Origin: a virus
Strand: one strand, 5' to 3'
DNA length: 64,000 nt
Virus record (IMG/VR): IMGVR_UViG_3300009506_000011
Coordinates: 20,187 to 84,186 of that record
The position numbers and the translations under genes are program-made. The notes under the pieces were generated by a model. The model did not search any database. It worked only from the letters and a program-made list of their open reading frames with translations, and was not told the origin of the DNA. Positions within the stretch are counted from its first letter, which is position 1. Each line of letters begins with the position of its first letter. Shown in pieces: positions 35,782-45,458 of the stretch.

Positions 35782-37307
35782 GACACCACCTCCGCGGTCC
35801 CGTCGTCCACGTAAATGGTGCACGTCTCCTCGGGGGTCCGAGCGACGCGCTCGATGATCACGACAACGCCGCGATCTTCTGCACGCTGTCGCAGTGCGGC
35901 GAGCGCCTCGGCGTCGAAGCGGTCGTCGCGCATGATGACGAGCCCGATGTGCGTCGCCTGCTTGAAGGCCACAGTGAGAGCCGCCTCCCATTGCTCACGG
36001 TGGCTGGCCACCTCGATCGGTCGGCCGTGGATGGTGATGCCGTTCTCGTCGAAGCCGAGGCCGTCGGGCAGGTCCGCCTCGGCAAGCTGCTCGTCCTTCT
36101 CGGCCTGGATCTCTTTGAGGCGTTGTTTCAGCCGGGCCACCTCCTGGCGTCGAGCCTCGAGCTTCTTCTTGGTGGCGAGATAGCTCGCGCGCCCGTCCAC
36201 CTTGCAATTGATTGCCTCGGCGCCGCTGATGTCTGCGAGCGTGGCGGTATCGTCCTCCCGCACGAAGGCGGCGATGGCGTCTCGCGTTGCAGCGAGCTGC
36301 TGCGCAGCAGCCTCGGAGGCGGGTGCCAGGGCCGCCTTCAGCTGCTTCTCGTGCCAGGCCAGCTGCTGGTTTAAGCCAGCCTCGCCGACGCACCGAAGCA
36401 GCACCCGGTGGGCGTCATTGGCAGCCGCAACGGCCTGCTGCGCTACGTGTTTGGCGTCGGACAGCTGCTGCTTCGCCTCGGCCAGCTGCTGCTCCAGCTC
36501 CGCCACGCGCTGCTCCAGCGGCGCAACCGGCGCTCGCGCGTCTGTGAGGGTCACGCGAGCCTCGGCCAGCACGCCGAGCTGAGCCTCGCAGGCATCGAGC
36601 GCAGTTTTCCGCTGCTCGGCCGCCTTGAGGGCAGCGGACAGATCGGTCTCCTTTCGGTTGTGCGCCAGCTGCCGCTGAAGCTTCTCGGTGAGCGCCTTGA
36701 CGTCACGGCGATCCGCCGGCGCGTCCTCGAGCGGCGGCAGCGCTCGGAGCTGGCCCTCGAGGTCCGATACGACCTTGTTGACCTCGGCGCGGTGGGCATA
36801 GACCTCGTCCCTCTCCCGGTCCAGCTTGTCCCAGTCGAGCTTCGCGACCTTGCGCAGAATAGCGCCTTGCTCGCGCCGGCCGGCGGGCGTCTTGCCGAGG
36901 TCCAAGAAGGCGGCGGGATCCACGGCGCCACACTTCGCCCAAAGGCTCTGCAGGAGCGTCTCGGCCGACTTCGTGACGCGCTCGCCGGGGGAATGACCTG
37001 GCGCACCGATGACCTTGAGGGTGCGCTTCAGGGTACCATTGCGCTCCAGCTTCCAGGTCCGCTCTACGACCATGTCTTGGTCGGTGTAGATGGTGACGCT
37101 GGCGAAGCTCGCGTCGCCGTGTAGCAGGTCTGGCGGCTCGGCAGCCTTGCCCGCGAGGCAGGTCTCGATCGCTCGGGTAAGCGAGGTCTTGCCTTGCTTG
37201 TTGCGACCCGCGACGATCTCGAGCGCGCCGCCCTTGAAGGTCAGGTCGCAGCCCCTAAGCCGCATGAAGTTTTCGATCTGGACGCCGGTGATGAGCATGG
37301 GCTTCAT
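35778..37307 (-). CDS. SMC/SbcC-like coiled-coil ATPase
   Basis: IENFMRL, Walker A GRNKQGKTS, long coiled coil. Confidence 0.85.
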   Translation of the reverse strand: MKPMLITGVQIENFMRLRGCDLTFKGGALEIVAGRNKQGKTSLTRAIETCLAGKAAEPPDLLHGDASFASVTIYTDQDMVVERTWKLERNGTLKRTLKVIGAPGHSPGERVTKSAETLLQSLWAKCGAVDPAAFLDLGKTPAGRREQGAILRKVAKLDWDKLDRERDEVYAHRAEVNKVVSDLEGQLRALPPLEDAPADRRDVKALTEKLQRQLAHNRKETDLSAALKAAEQRKTALDACEAQLGVLAEARVTLTDARAPVAPLEQRVAELEQQLAEAKQQLSDAKHVAQQAVAAANDAHRVLLRCVGEAGLNQQLAWHEKQLKAALAPASEAAAQQLAATRDAIAAFVREDDTATLADISGAEAINCKVDGRASYLATKKKLEARRQEVARLKQRLKEIQAEKDEQLAEADLPDGLGFDENGITIHGRPIEVASHREQWEAALTVAFKQATHIGLVIMRDDRFDAEALAALRQRAEDRGVVVIIERVARTPEETCTIYVDDGTAEVVS

Positions 37308-38233
37308 GCTGCACCGCCTTCCTTGGCCGGCGGCGGAATCATCTCACCGTCCGGGCTCAGCTCCCAGCCGGCGGCGATCTCCTCCGGCGTCAGGCCGCTC
37401 GTAGGAGTGGACGGCTCCGCCGGAGTGTCTGGCTCGCTCACCTCGATGCCGTGCCGCTGGATAGCATCGGCGATTTGCGCGTCGATCAGCTCGACGGGCC
37501 GGCGCGCGTCCTCGACAGCCATGGCGCGGGTCAGCAGCTGGTCTTCGGTGTCTGCCGGCGCCAGCTTGAGCACCTGCCGAACGGCCGTCTTTTTGAACAT
37601 TTCCTCTTCCCAGTTCTTCCACGGGGAAAAGTCGCTGTCGCTGCCGCGGTTTACGTCGCGGCGCTTAATGACCTCGGCCCGGGACAGGACCCTGAACATC
37701 GGCGTCGTATCGCCCCTTACCTGCGCCGTGCCATAAGCCCACGATATGGGCCGGGTGTGACGCTCGGGGTTAGTCAGGTCGGGAATGTGCCGTATGTGCC
37801 GGTTGGTGCCTAGCTCGTAGTAAAAGTCGTCGCCAGCGTACACCACCTCGCCGGCGATGTCGGTGACCAGGCCGGAGCGACGCGCCAGCACGCACAGGCC
37901 CCGATAGTCGATGATGGCAGTGCATTCCAGCACGCGGCCCTTCTTGAAAGGCACGAGCCAGACTCCGCCAGCCATGCTCGGCATCAGGCCAAGCTGTGCC
38001 GTGGTGAGCAAGCAGATGAAGAAGCTGCCGGGAGTGCATAGTGCCAGCTTTGGCTCCTTGGTCACTGCCGTCATGGTGGCGCGGAGAAACCGCTCTACGC
38101 CCATCTGCCGCGGGACGGCGTTTTTGATCTGCGGCTCCATCCGCTTGATGAGGCCCCGTAGCTCGGTCGCGGGGTCCTTATCTCGCTTTTGAATCTGTCC
38201 GTTTGGGGCCGTTTGGGGCGTTCTGCTAGCCAT
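37304..38233 (-). CDS. recT: RecT single-strand annealing protein
   Basis: PKLALCTPGS..QLGL..WLVPF..IDYRGL..LARRSG..SPWKNWEEEMFKKT. Confidence 0.92.
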   Translation of the reverse strand: MASRTPQTAPNGQIQKRDKDPATELRGLIKRMEPQIKNAVPRQMGVERFLRATMTAVTKEPKLALCTPGSFFICLLTTAQLGLMPSMAGGVWLVPFKKGRVLECTAIIDYRGLCVLARRSGLVTDIAGEVVYAGDDFYYELGTNRHIRHIPDLTNPERHTRPISWAYGTAQVRGDTTPMFRVLSRAEVIKRRDVNRGSDSDFSPWKNWEEEMFKKTAVRQVLKLAPADTEDQLLTRAMAVEDARRPVELIDAQIADAIQRHGIEVSEPDTPAEPSTPTSGLTPEEIAAGWELSPDGEMIPPPAKEGGAA

Positions 38234-39233
38234 GCTTCTTTATCCTCAATGGTCTACTGGTTGACGGCTTCACCACCTGGGCGACAATGTGCTGCCGGCC
38301 AAGCTCTTTGGCGAAGTCGTGATGGTTCCCCGGCGGCGTCACCTTGACGTAACCGGAGCGCTCCTGCGTTCGCAGGGTGATCTGAAAGTCGGCGACGAAG
38401 CCGCGTTCAGCGGCGCCCATCGCAAGCCGAATGCGCGCCTCGCTTGCTCGGAGTGCTGCCTCGGTGGTCCGCGCCTCGGCGCGGAGCCGCACAATCTCGT
38501 CGGCGTAGCAGGCGAGGTCCTCGGACAAGACGACCTCGCTGCCATCGTCCTCGGGGTAGTGGCGCGCGATGGCACGGGCGGCCGACTCGCTGCCGTCTGG
38601 CTCCGGCGGGTCCCGGTCGATGACGCGCTGCCAGAAACGCTCACCGTGCCAGATGATGCGGCGGATCATCCGCTCGTCCCGTGGGATGTCCTGCCAGACG
38701 AAGCGCGCGCCGCCGATGAGGCAGGCGATGGCGCCGCGGCTGGCCCCCGTAACGAGCAGCTGGTGCTGGACCTGGATGAAGTACGGCTCCGGCGCACCAT
38801 CCGCCCAGTCGGCAATCTGGTAGGCGGAGTGCGTCTTGGCTTCGAGGGGTTGCCATCTGGCCTTGTTCGCTGCTACTTCCTCGATGCTCAAAAGCTCGAC
38901 TTCGCTCGGCTCCAGCGTCCAAGCATCCAGCGTGCATTGCGCCCAGGGATGCTCACGGCTCCGCAGCAGCTGGCCGCTCGGCCGCACGAGCCGCCCGGTG
39001 CGCTCGCCGAAGGTTTGGATGATGATGGGCTCAAGCTTGTGGCCCCACTCGATCGCCTCGACGTCCGACGGGTCGACCGGCGGGATCTCGCCCATCTTTT
39101 CGAGCGCGAGCTCGTAGGCGCTGCGCCACTTGCTCAGGCCCATGACCGCCGCCATCTCGGAGGCGCCAATGCCGGCGGTGCGCTTCTCGAGCCAGTCCTC
39201 GCGGTCGTCGCAGGGGATGACGTCGTAGGTCAT
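38226..39233 (-). CDS. YqaJ-like viral recombinase exonuclease
   Basis: WLEKRTAGIGASE..WGHKLEP..TLD..LEAKT..YFIQVQHQL. Confidence 0.92.
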   Translation of the reverse strand: MTYDVIPCDDREDWLEKRTAGIGASEMAAVMGLSKWRSAYELALEKMGEIPPVDPSDVEAIEWGHKLEPIIIQTFGERTGRLVRPSGQLLRSREHPWAQCTLDAWTLEPSEVELLSIEEVAANKARWQPLEAKTHSAYQIADWADGAPEPYFIQVQHQLLVTGASRGAIACLIGGARFVWQDIPRDERMIRRIIWHGERFWQRVIDRDPPEPDGSESAARAIARHYPEDDGSEVVLSEDLACYADEIVRLRAEARTTEAALRASEARIRLAMGAAERGFVADFQITLRTQERSGYVKVTPPGNHHDFAKELGRQHIVAQVVKPSTSRPLRIKKHG

Positions 39234-39892
39234 GGCTGCCCCATGAGGCGGGGCTCGCGCTCGGCGAGCAGGTCCCTATCGCTAAGCCCCATGAGGCGCC
39301 GCTGATCGTCTTCGGTGACGGGTCCTGAGAAAGGTATGGGGTCGGCTGCGACAAATCCCAGCTGCTCCATTGCTCGAGCGGCGCGTGGCGCCAATGGCAG
39401 GTCGGCGCCACACTGCAGCGCCGCATAGCCGGAGCCGCCGCACCAGCCGCACCGACCAGCCTGCGGCTGCCAGCCTTTGGCGGTGAAGACGACCGGGTAC
39501 GCCTTGTGACGCTTGCGCCAGCCTCGTCGCCACCGCCGGAAGGAAAGACCGGTTAGAACGAGGCTGATCATGGCGCCTCCAGTGGAGGCATGTTCGGCCC
39601 CGGTAGCGGCGGCTCAGCCGGCTCTTCTCCGACCGACATCGTAAGGCCCCGGTTCCACGCTCGGCCGGCTTGCCTGCGGACGATGGCGCGCCGTTTCGCC
39701 TCCCGCGCTGCCTCGGAATCGGTCTCGCGCAGAGCCACGATGGCCGCGTCGGCGACGAGCCGGGCGGTTGCGCACGAGTCATCGTGCAGAGCGAACGACG
39801 GAGACGACGGCCGCAGCTCGGTGTCCTCGAATGGCCACAGGCAACCGAGGAAAAGAATCACCAGACCGCCAGGCCCGGCGCGCTTGCACAGC

Positions 39893-40081
39893 TCATCCAG
39901 CGTCATCGCTCACCTCGTTCGGATCCCTGAAGCCCAGCGTCGCCAGCGCCTCGCGGATCCTCGTCTTGCTGTTGTCGTTCACGGCGTCGCCCGAGAGGTA
40001 CCGCCGCACCGTCTGCGGCGACACAACCGCCTTGGCGGCGACTCGGACCACGTCATGGCTAGATGTCACATCGGGTTGCAT
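39893..40081 (-). CDS. Small Cro/LacI-like HTH protein
   Basis: VAAKAVVSPQTVRRYLSG; divergent from the repressor. Confidence 0.65.
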   Translation of the reverse strand: MQPDVTSSHDVVRVAAKAVVSPQTVRRYLSGDAVNDNSKTRIREALATLGFRDPNEVSDDAG

Positions 40082-40167
40082 GGTGCCAATTGAGCACAGC
40101 CGGTTAGGGTTGTCAACAGAAAAGTGACTAGTTGACCGCTTGTCCAGTAGTTTGCTAGTATCTGGAC
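40082..40167. promoter_or_regulatory. Divergent promoter / switch region
   Basis: Plus strand TTGACC-N18-TAGTAT-N6-ATG; minus strand TTGACA-N17-TCAATT-N6-ATG. Confidence 0.65.
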
Positions 40168-40512
40168 ATGCCTACCCCCACTCCCCTCGGCCGGCGTCTG
40201 AAGCTGGCTCGGCTGATGACCTTCCCGCCGGTGCCGGAGGCCGGACCGGAGCCGGCGGCTGGCTGGCAACGTGTCAGCCAGCGGGAGCTGAGCCTGATGG
40301 CCGGTCGGTCTGACGGCCTCGTCGGTCACCTCGAAGGGGGCCGGACGAAGGACTCGACGGTTGAAACCACGACGCGGCTCTGCGCGATCCTGGGCATCAC
40401 CACCGACTGGCTCGCCACCGGCAAGCAGCCGGCGCATCCTGGCGGCGGCGAGCTGAACGCCGAAATCGTCAACCACGCCGTGCGAGCCACACGAACGACG
40501 GAGGCGGCGTGA
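40168..40512 (+). CDS. XRE-family HTH repressor
   Basis: LGRRLKLAR..SQRELS..VGHLEGGR..LCAILGITTDWLATG. Confidence 0.85.
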   Translation: MPTPTPLGRRLKLARLMTFPPVPEAGPEPAAGWQRVSQRELSLMAGRSDGLVGHLEGGRTKDSTVETTTRLCAILGITTDWLATGKQPAHPGGGELNAEIVNHAVRATRTTEAA

Positions 40513-41157
40513 TGCCCGGGGAACTGCCGGATGACGTGATGCGCCGGCTCTGTGAGGCAGATCCGCTGGCGGACTTGAAGAGTCGGTGATCGAGCAGGCG
40601 GTAAGCTTACTAGTTGACTAGCGATGCGCGCCGCGGTAGTCTGTCGTCGGAGGTGACCGATGGCGACGATGAGCGAGCTGGGCTTTACCTGGTACGGACG
40701 CGAGAATAACGGCGGCTGGCGCTTCGATGTGCGGCTGCGGGATCCGGCGGTTCGAGCTGCGCAGCTGGAGCGCTGGAGCGAGGAACGAAAGGAGCGTTGC
40801 CGGGCCCTGATCCGCCGGCCGCACTGCAAGCGGCCGCGCAAGCTGAAGCTCCTTCGGCGGATATATGGCGGGCGACAGCAGCTGCCACCCGACGTGCAGC
40901 AGCTGGACGGCCAGCTCATGAACCGGCATGCACGGCGTGCGCTATGAGCTGGCTACGAGACGAGTACGGCGAGGTCAGCTGGCTATTCGCCGGGATCGTC
41001 GCTCTGGCGCTGCTGATCACCGAGGAAGGCGTAGCCGTTTGCCGGTGCAGAAGGCAGCCGTGATCTGCCTACGTTGCCAGGAGACGGGTGTGCTCGTCCC
41101 GCGCCTGCGCGAGCGGCTGCTCGCCGTCATCATCGCAGCGGCCTGGAGGGGATGCTG

Positions 41158-41529
41158 ATGAAGCTCATCTACGTGGCCGGCCCCTACCGGGCCGCAAACC
41201 ACTGGCTCATCGAGCAGAACATCCACCGCGCGCGTGAGCTTGGCGCTCGCCTCGCCCAGCTCGGCGCAGCGCCCCTGATCCCGCACGCAAACACGGCACA
41301 CTGGGACGGCCTTTGCTCGGACGAGTTCTGGCTCAAGGCTGGCATCGAGATGCTCCGGCGCTGCGATGGTGTCGTGCTTGTCAAGGGGTGGTCGGAGTCC
41401 CGGGGCACGTTGGCCGAGGTTGATGAGGCTCACCGGCGCGGACTACCGGTGCTTGGAAAGCCGAGCCCGCCAGACGATATCCTCGCGGAGTGGCTGGCAC
41501 GCGTCCGCAAGCGAGCGATGCGACCATGA
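41158..41529 (+). CDS. DUF4406/DUF1937-like (NDT-fold) protein
   Basis: IYVAGPY..PH.N..W..L.RCD..GWSESRG..E. Confidence 0.8.
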   Translation: MKLIYVAGPYRAANHWLIEQNIHRARELGARLAQLGAAPLIPHANTAHWDGLCSDEFWLKAGIEMLRRCDGVVLVKGWSESRGTLAEVDEAHRRGLPVLGKPSPPDDILAEWLARVRKRAMRP

Positions 41530-41791
41530 GCGCCACAGACGCCATCCTTCAGCAGCACCTGCTCGACGCGCCGGCGGGCCTCGAGCTGTCCTGCTCGCGG
41601 CTGCTCGAAGGTCGCTACCACGCTTGCTGGGTCGGCTCCCTCCAGAATGGCATGCGGATCGCCGCGCTCGGGATGGGGCCGACTCGCGAGGCCGCCATCG
41701 TCGCGGCGTCGCTCACGCTTGAGCGAGCGCTGCTCTGCGATGCCGCCTCCGACCTCGGCAACCTTGGCGTCTGGCTACCGCGGGGACAAGC

Positions 41792-42562
41792 ATGAGCCTC
41801 TTCGACCAGGGGCCGGGGCGGGAAGCGCTGCTCGCCGCTGTCGAGGGTGTCCACCAGGCTGACGCGGTGGAGTGGCTCGCGGGCCTGCCGCCGGAGTCTG
41901 TCGACCTGGTCATCACGGACCCGGCCTACGAGAGCCTCGAGAGGCATCGGGCGCACGGCACGACCACGCGGCTGAAGCACTGGTTCCCCATCTTCCCCAA
42001 CGCGCGCTTCGCGGAGCTGCTGGCGCAGGTCTACCGCGTCCTGCGGCCGGACAGCCACTTCTACTTTCAGTGCGACGAGGAGACGGCGGACGTGGTCAAG
42101 CCGCTCGGGCGCGCCGCCGGCTTCAGGTTCTGGAAGTCGCTCATCTGGGACAAGGTGGATCTCGGGATGGGGTATCACTACCGGTGCCGGTGCGAGCGCA
42201 TCCTGTTCTTCGAGAAGGGCAAGCGGAAGCTCAACGACCTCAGCGTGCCAGACGTGCTGCAGTTCCGGCGCGTGCGCAACGGCTCCCCCACCGAGAAGCC
42301 CGTGGAGCTGTACGAGGTGCTGGTCCGGCAGAGCTCCGAGCGAGGTGAGGTCGTGGCGGATCCGTTTCTCGGCTCCGGCGCCTGCGGCGAGGCCGCGCTG
42401 CGGCTCGGCCGGCGCTTCGGTGGCTGCGACATCTCGGAAGCGGCGGTCGGCTGCGCCACGGTCCGGCTTGCCCCGTGGTTCGTCGCTAGCCGATTTCGCC
42501 AGCCGGTCCACATCTCCGGGGCATTGGCGAGCGCCGGTTTGCTGCCAGACGAAAAGGCTTGA
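41792..42562 (+). CDS. DNA N4/N6 methyltransferase (beta class)
   Basis: VDLVITDPAY, PTEKPVEL, DPFLGSG. Confidence 0.88.
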   Translation: MSLFDQGPGREALLAAVEGVHQADAVEWLAGLPPESVDLVITDPAYESLERHRAHGTTTRLKHWFPIFPNARFAELLAQVYRVLRPDSHFYFQCDEETADVVKPLGRAAGFRFWKSLIWDKVDLGMGYHYRCRCERILFFEKGKRKLNDLSVPDVLQFRRVRNGSPTEKPVELYEVLVRQSSERGEVVADPFLGSGACGEAALRLGRRFGGCDISEAAVGCATVRLAPWFVASRFRQPVHISGALASAGLLPDEKA

Positions 42563-42593
42563 CGGCACTGGACGAGTTGTTCACGATGTCCTC

Positions 42594-42803
42594 GTGAAAA
42601 CTACGAGCAACGCGCGTCACGTTGACGTCCCGATGACGGGCACTTTTTGGCGGTACCTGAAGGAGCTACGTCAGCGGCTCGGTACATCGAGCTGGGCGGA
42701 GACATTTCGAGCCGCTGTCCGTGAAGCGGTTGATCGGCGGCGAAGAGAGGACGCTGAGGCAGGTCGTCACCTATCCTTGGTAGGGGAGCCAGAGCAAGAC
42801 TGA
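42594..42803 (+). CDS. Ribbon-helix-helix-like regulator
   Basis: TTGACG-N17-CACGAT-N6-GTG; LKELRQRLG.SSWAETFRAAV. Confidence 0.55.
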   Translation: MKTTSNARHVDVPMTGTFWRYLKELRQRLGTSSWAETFRAAVREAVDRRRREDAEAGRHLSLVGEPEQD

Positions 42804-43999
42804 TGGCCCGCGGCCGCATGCTTCTCAAGTCGCTGAGCCTTTGTGGCCAGCTTGCCGATCTGTCAGACGACACGGCACGACTGCTCTTCTGCATGTGCGT
42901 CCCACACCTTGATCGGGAGGGACGTTTGCAGGGCGATCCCCGGCGTCTCGCGGCGACCGTGTGGCCGCTGCTGCACGGTCCGCAGCCGACCGCACGAGCG
43001 CTGGCGGAGCTCGTTGAGCAGCGACTCGTCGCCGTCTACGACGATGAGCGCGGTCAGACTGTCGTTTGGTTCCCGGCCTTCGAGCGCTCACAGCCTGGGC
43101 TCCGACGGGACAGAGAGGCGGAGAGCAGCTACGGTCCGCCGCCTTCGTGCGAGCCCTCTGGTTTGGTGCCTGCGTGGCTGCGGGAGTACTCCGGACCTAC
43201 TCCGGAGCAATCCCGCGGTGGTCCGGAGTACTCCGGAGTTTTCCCGGAGTACTCCGGACCTACTCCGGAGCAACCCGAGCTAAGTGTTCGAAAGGTGGAA
43301 ACTCCGGAGTTTTCCCGGAGTACTCCGGGAGTGCTCCCGCCTAAATCAAAGGAAAGTAAAGGAAGGGAGGTTGCCGCGCGTGCGCGCGTAGCAACCGCCG
43401 CGCCACCACCACAACAGGAGCAGGCGGTCTGCGAAGGGTGCGACGATATCGCCGAGTGCGGTGCCGATGGTGTGCCAGTGGGATGGGCGGATGGGCTCTG
43501 CCCCGAGTGCCAGCGCCACGACGTGAGCCAAACCGCCGGCTACCTCCAAAGCATCAAGAACCAAGGAGCCAAGCCAGCGCCACCGTCCAAGCTCGGAACG
43601 GCACCCATGAACCCGGTGGCGCGCCAGCTGGCGGAGCATATTAGGACTCACCGGCGCTTCGATGGCATCGACGCTGGCGAGATCGGCAACAGCAACGCTC
43701 ACCTCGTCGAGACGGGTGGCAAGTCGCTAACCTGGCTGAAGGAGGCGATCGACGAGTGCAACCGGGACGCCGGCTCAGCCGCCGCCGCCAGGCGGCCCTG
43801 GTCCGACGATGTCCTCGCGCAGAAGCTTGGTCGCTACCTCTGGAAGGCAAGGCGCCCGGAGCCGAGCGATGCGGGAGAGGAGATCCACCATCACCCCCCG
43901 CTCTTCGTGGACAACGGACCGCGCCCGACCCCGGAGCAAACGCGGCAGTTTGCGGCCGAGGCGCTGGCGAAGTTCCGCGCCGGCAGGAAGGTGCCATGA
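42803..43999 (+). CDS. Phage replication initiator protein
   Basis: MARGRML..LSDDTARLLF..DREGRL.GDP; internal iterons; upstream of DnaB. Confidence 0.75.
   Translation: MARGRMLLKSLSLCGQLADLSDDTARLLFCMCVPHLDREGRLQGDPRRLAATVWPLLHGPQPTARALAELVEQRLVAVYDDERGQTVVWFPAFERSQPGLRRDREAESSYGPPPSCEPSGLVPAWLREYSGPTPEQSRGGPEYSGVFPEYSGPTPEQPELSVRKVETPEFSRSTPGVLPPKSKESKGREVAARARVATAAPPPQQEQAVCEGCDDIAECGADGVPVGWADGLCPECQRHDVSQTAGYLQSIKNQGAKPAPPSKLGTAPMNPVARQLAEHIRTHRRFDGIDAGEIGNSNAHLVETGGKSLTWLKEAIDECNRDAGSAAAARRPWSDDVLAQKLGRYLWKARRPEPSDAGEEIHHHPPLFVDNGPRPTPEQTRQFAAEALAKFRAGRKVP
43182..43339. repeat. Iteron cluster (probable origin)
   Basis: Multiple GGAGTACTCC / ACTCCGGAG palindromic repeats inside the initiator gene. 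Confidence 0.75.
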
Positions 44000-44778
44000 C
44001 GCTAGCCCCCTTCTTCCCCTACTACGGCAGCTGTTGGACCATGGCGCGGCTGTACCCTCGGCCGCGCCACGACCGCCTGATCGAGCCCTTCGCTGGCTCG
44101 GCCTGCTACAGCCTGCACCACCCCGAGCGCGACGTGGTGCTCGTCGAGCGGGACCCCGTCATCGCCGAGCTGTGGCGGTGGCTGCTACGGGTGACGCCGG
44201 CGGAGGTGCTCGCCCTGCCTGATCTCGAGGCGGGGCAGTCGACAGACGATCTGCCACTCGAGTGGGCCGCCCGTTCGCTGATCGGTTTTTGGACGAATCA
44301 GGGCAGCGCTCAGCCGCGCATGACGGCCACGACGTGGACCAAGGAAGCCATGAGCGAAAATCCCGCTGTGAACCGCGGGCGCACGTTCTGGGGGCGCCGC
44401 GCCCGCCACCGCGTCGCCCGGCAGCTCGAGGCGATCCGGCACTGGACGGTGGTTGAGGGCGACGCGATGGATCAAGAGCGCTTCCCTCCAGCCGGCGCTT
44501 GCGAAACCCGGTGCACGTGGTTTGTCGATCCGCCCTACTTCGGGCGGCCCGGCAGCCATTACCGTTTCGGCTCAAAGCTGATCGACTATCGCGAGCTAGG
44601 CGCCTGGTGCCAGATGCTACCGGGGCAGGTCATGGTGCGCGAGCAGCTCGGCGCCGACTGGCTGCCCTTCGAGGAGCTGGGCACCGTCAACGGGCAGCGG
44701 GGCAAGTCGACGGAGGTGGTGTGGTTTAGCGACGAAGGGGACCGCCCAGGGTGGCGGCAGCCGGAGCTGTTCGGATGA
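43996..44778 (+). CDS. Dam-like DNA adenine methyltransferase
   Basis: FPYYG, IEPFAGSA, FVDPPY. Confidence 0.85.
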   Translation: MTLAPFFPYYGSCWTMARLYPRPRHDRLIEPFAGSACYSLHHPERDVVLVERDPVIAELWRWLLRVTPAEVLALPDLEAGQSTDDLPLEWAARSLIGFWTNQGSAQPRMTATTWTKEAMSENPAVNRGRTFWGRRARHRVARQLEAIRHWTVVEGDAMDQERFPPAGACETRCTWFVDPPYFGRPGSHYRFGSKLIDYRELGAWCQMLPGQVMVREQLGADWLPFEELGTVNGQRGKSTEVVWFSDEGDRPGWRQPELFG

Positions 44779-45458
44779 CGGTCGCCGCGCTCTTCGTGGA
44801 TCCTCGTCCCGGCGGCGCCTACGTCGGGATCCCCGGCGTAGAGGTGTGGGGCGCCAGGCGCTGTCCGGAACGTCCAGAGGATGTGCGTCCTGACGAGCGC
44901 GACGCGCGGCTGTATGCCGGGCCGCACCCGGTTGTGGCGCACTCGCCTTGCGCACGGTGGGGCCGCTACTGGTCGGGCAATCCGCTGCAGCCGGGCCGGT
45001 TCAAGCTCGGCGACGACGGCGGTTGCTTCGCGGCGGCGCTGGCGGCGCTCTACCGGTGGCACGGCGTGCTCGAGCATCCGGAGGCATCGCACGCCTGGCG
45101 GCACTTCGGTCTGGCGCCGCCTCATCGTTGGGGTGGCTGGACAGTCGCTGGCTGGACACCAGCCGGGGAGCTGGTGTGGACGTGCTGCGTCGAGCAAGGT
45201 CACTACGGCCATCGCGCTCGCAAGGCGACGTGGCTGCTGATGGTGGGCGCCGAGCCGCCGCAGCTGATCTGGGGGCCGAGCAAAGCCGATCCGACGCTGC
45301 GGATCGACGAGGGATACCATTCGACGGACGAGCGCCGGCGCAAGCACCGCCGATCTTCTCCGGCTGGTCGGCTCGGTCCCCGTGAACGCGCCGCCACCCC
45401 ACCGGCCTTTCGCGACGTCCTGCTAGCAATAGCTAGGTCCGCCGGGAGGTCCTCATGA
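44775..45458 (+). CDS. Compact DNA cytosine methyltransferase-like protein
   Basis: VAALFV..DARLYAG..VVAHSPC..GVLEHP..YGH.ARKATWL. Confidence 0.7.
   Translation: MTVAALFVDPRPGGAYVGIPGVEVWGARRCPERPEDVRPDERDARLYAGPHPVVAHSPCARWGRYWSGNPLQPGRFKLGDDGGCFAAALAALYRWHGVLEHPEASHAWRHFGLAPPHRWGGWTVAGWTPAGELVWTCCVEQGHYGHRARKATWLLMVGAEPPQLIWGPSKADPTLRIDEGYHSTDERRRKHRRSSPAGRLGPRERAATPPAFRDVLLAIARSAGRSS

Noticed and set aside
43182-43339. Repeat cluster as a CRISPR or guide array
   Set aside because: Short irregular palindromes inside the initiator gene, which is the typical position of origin iterons.
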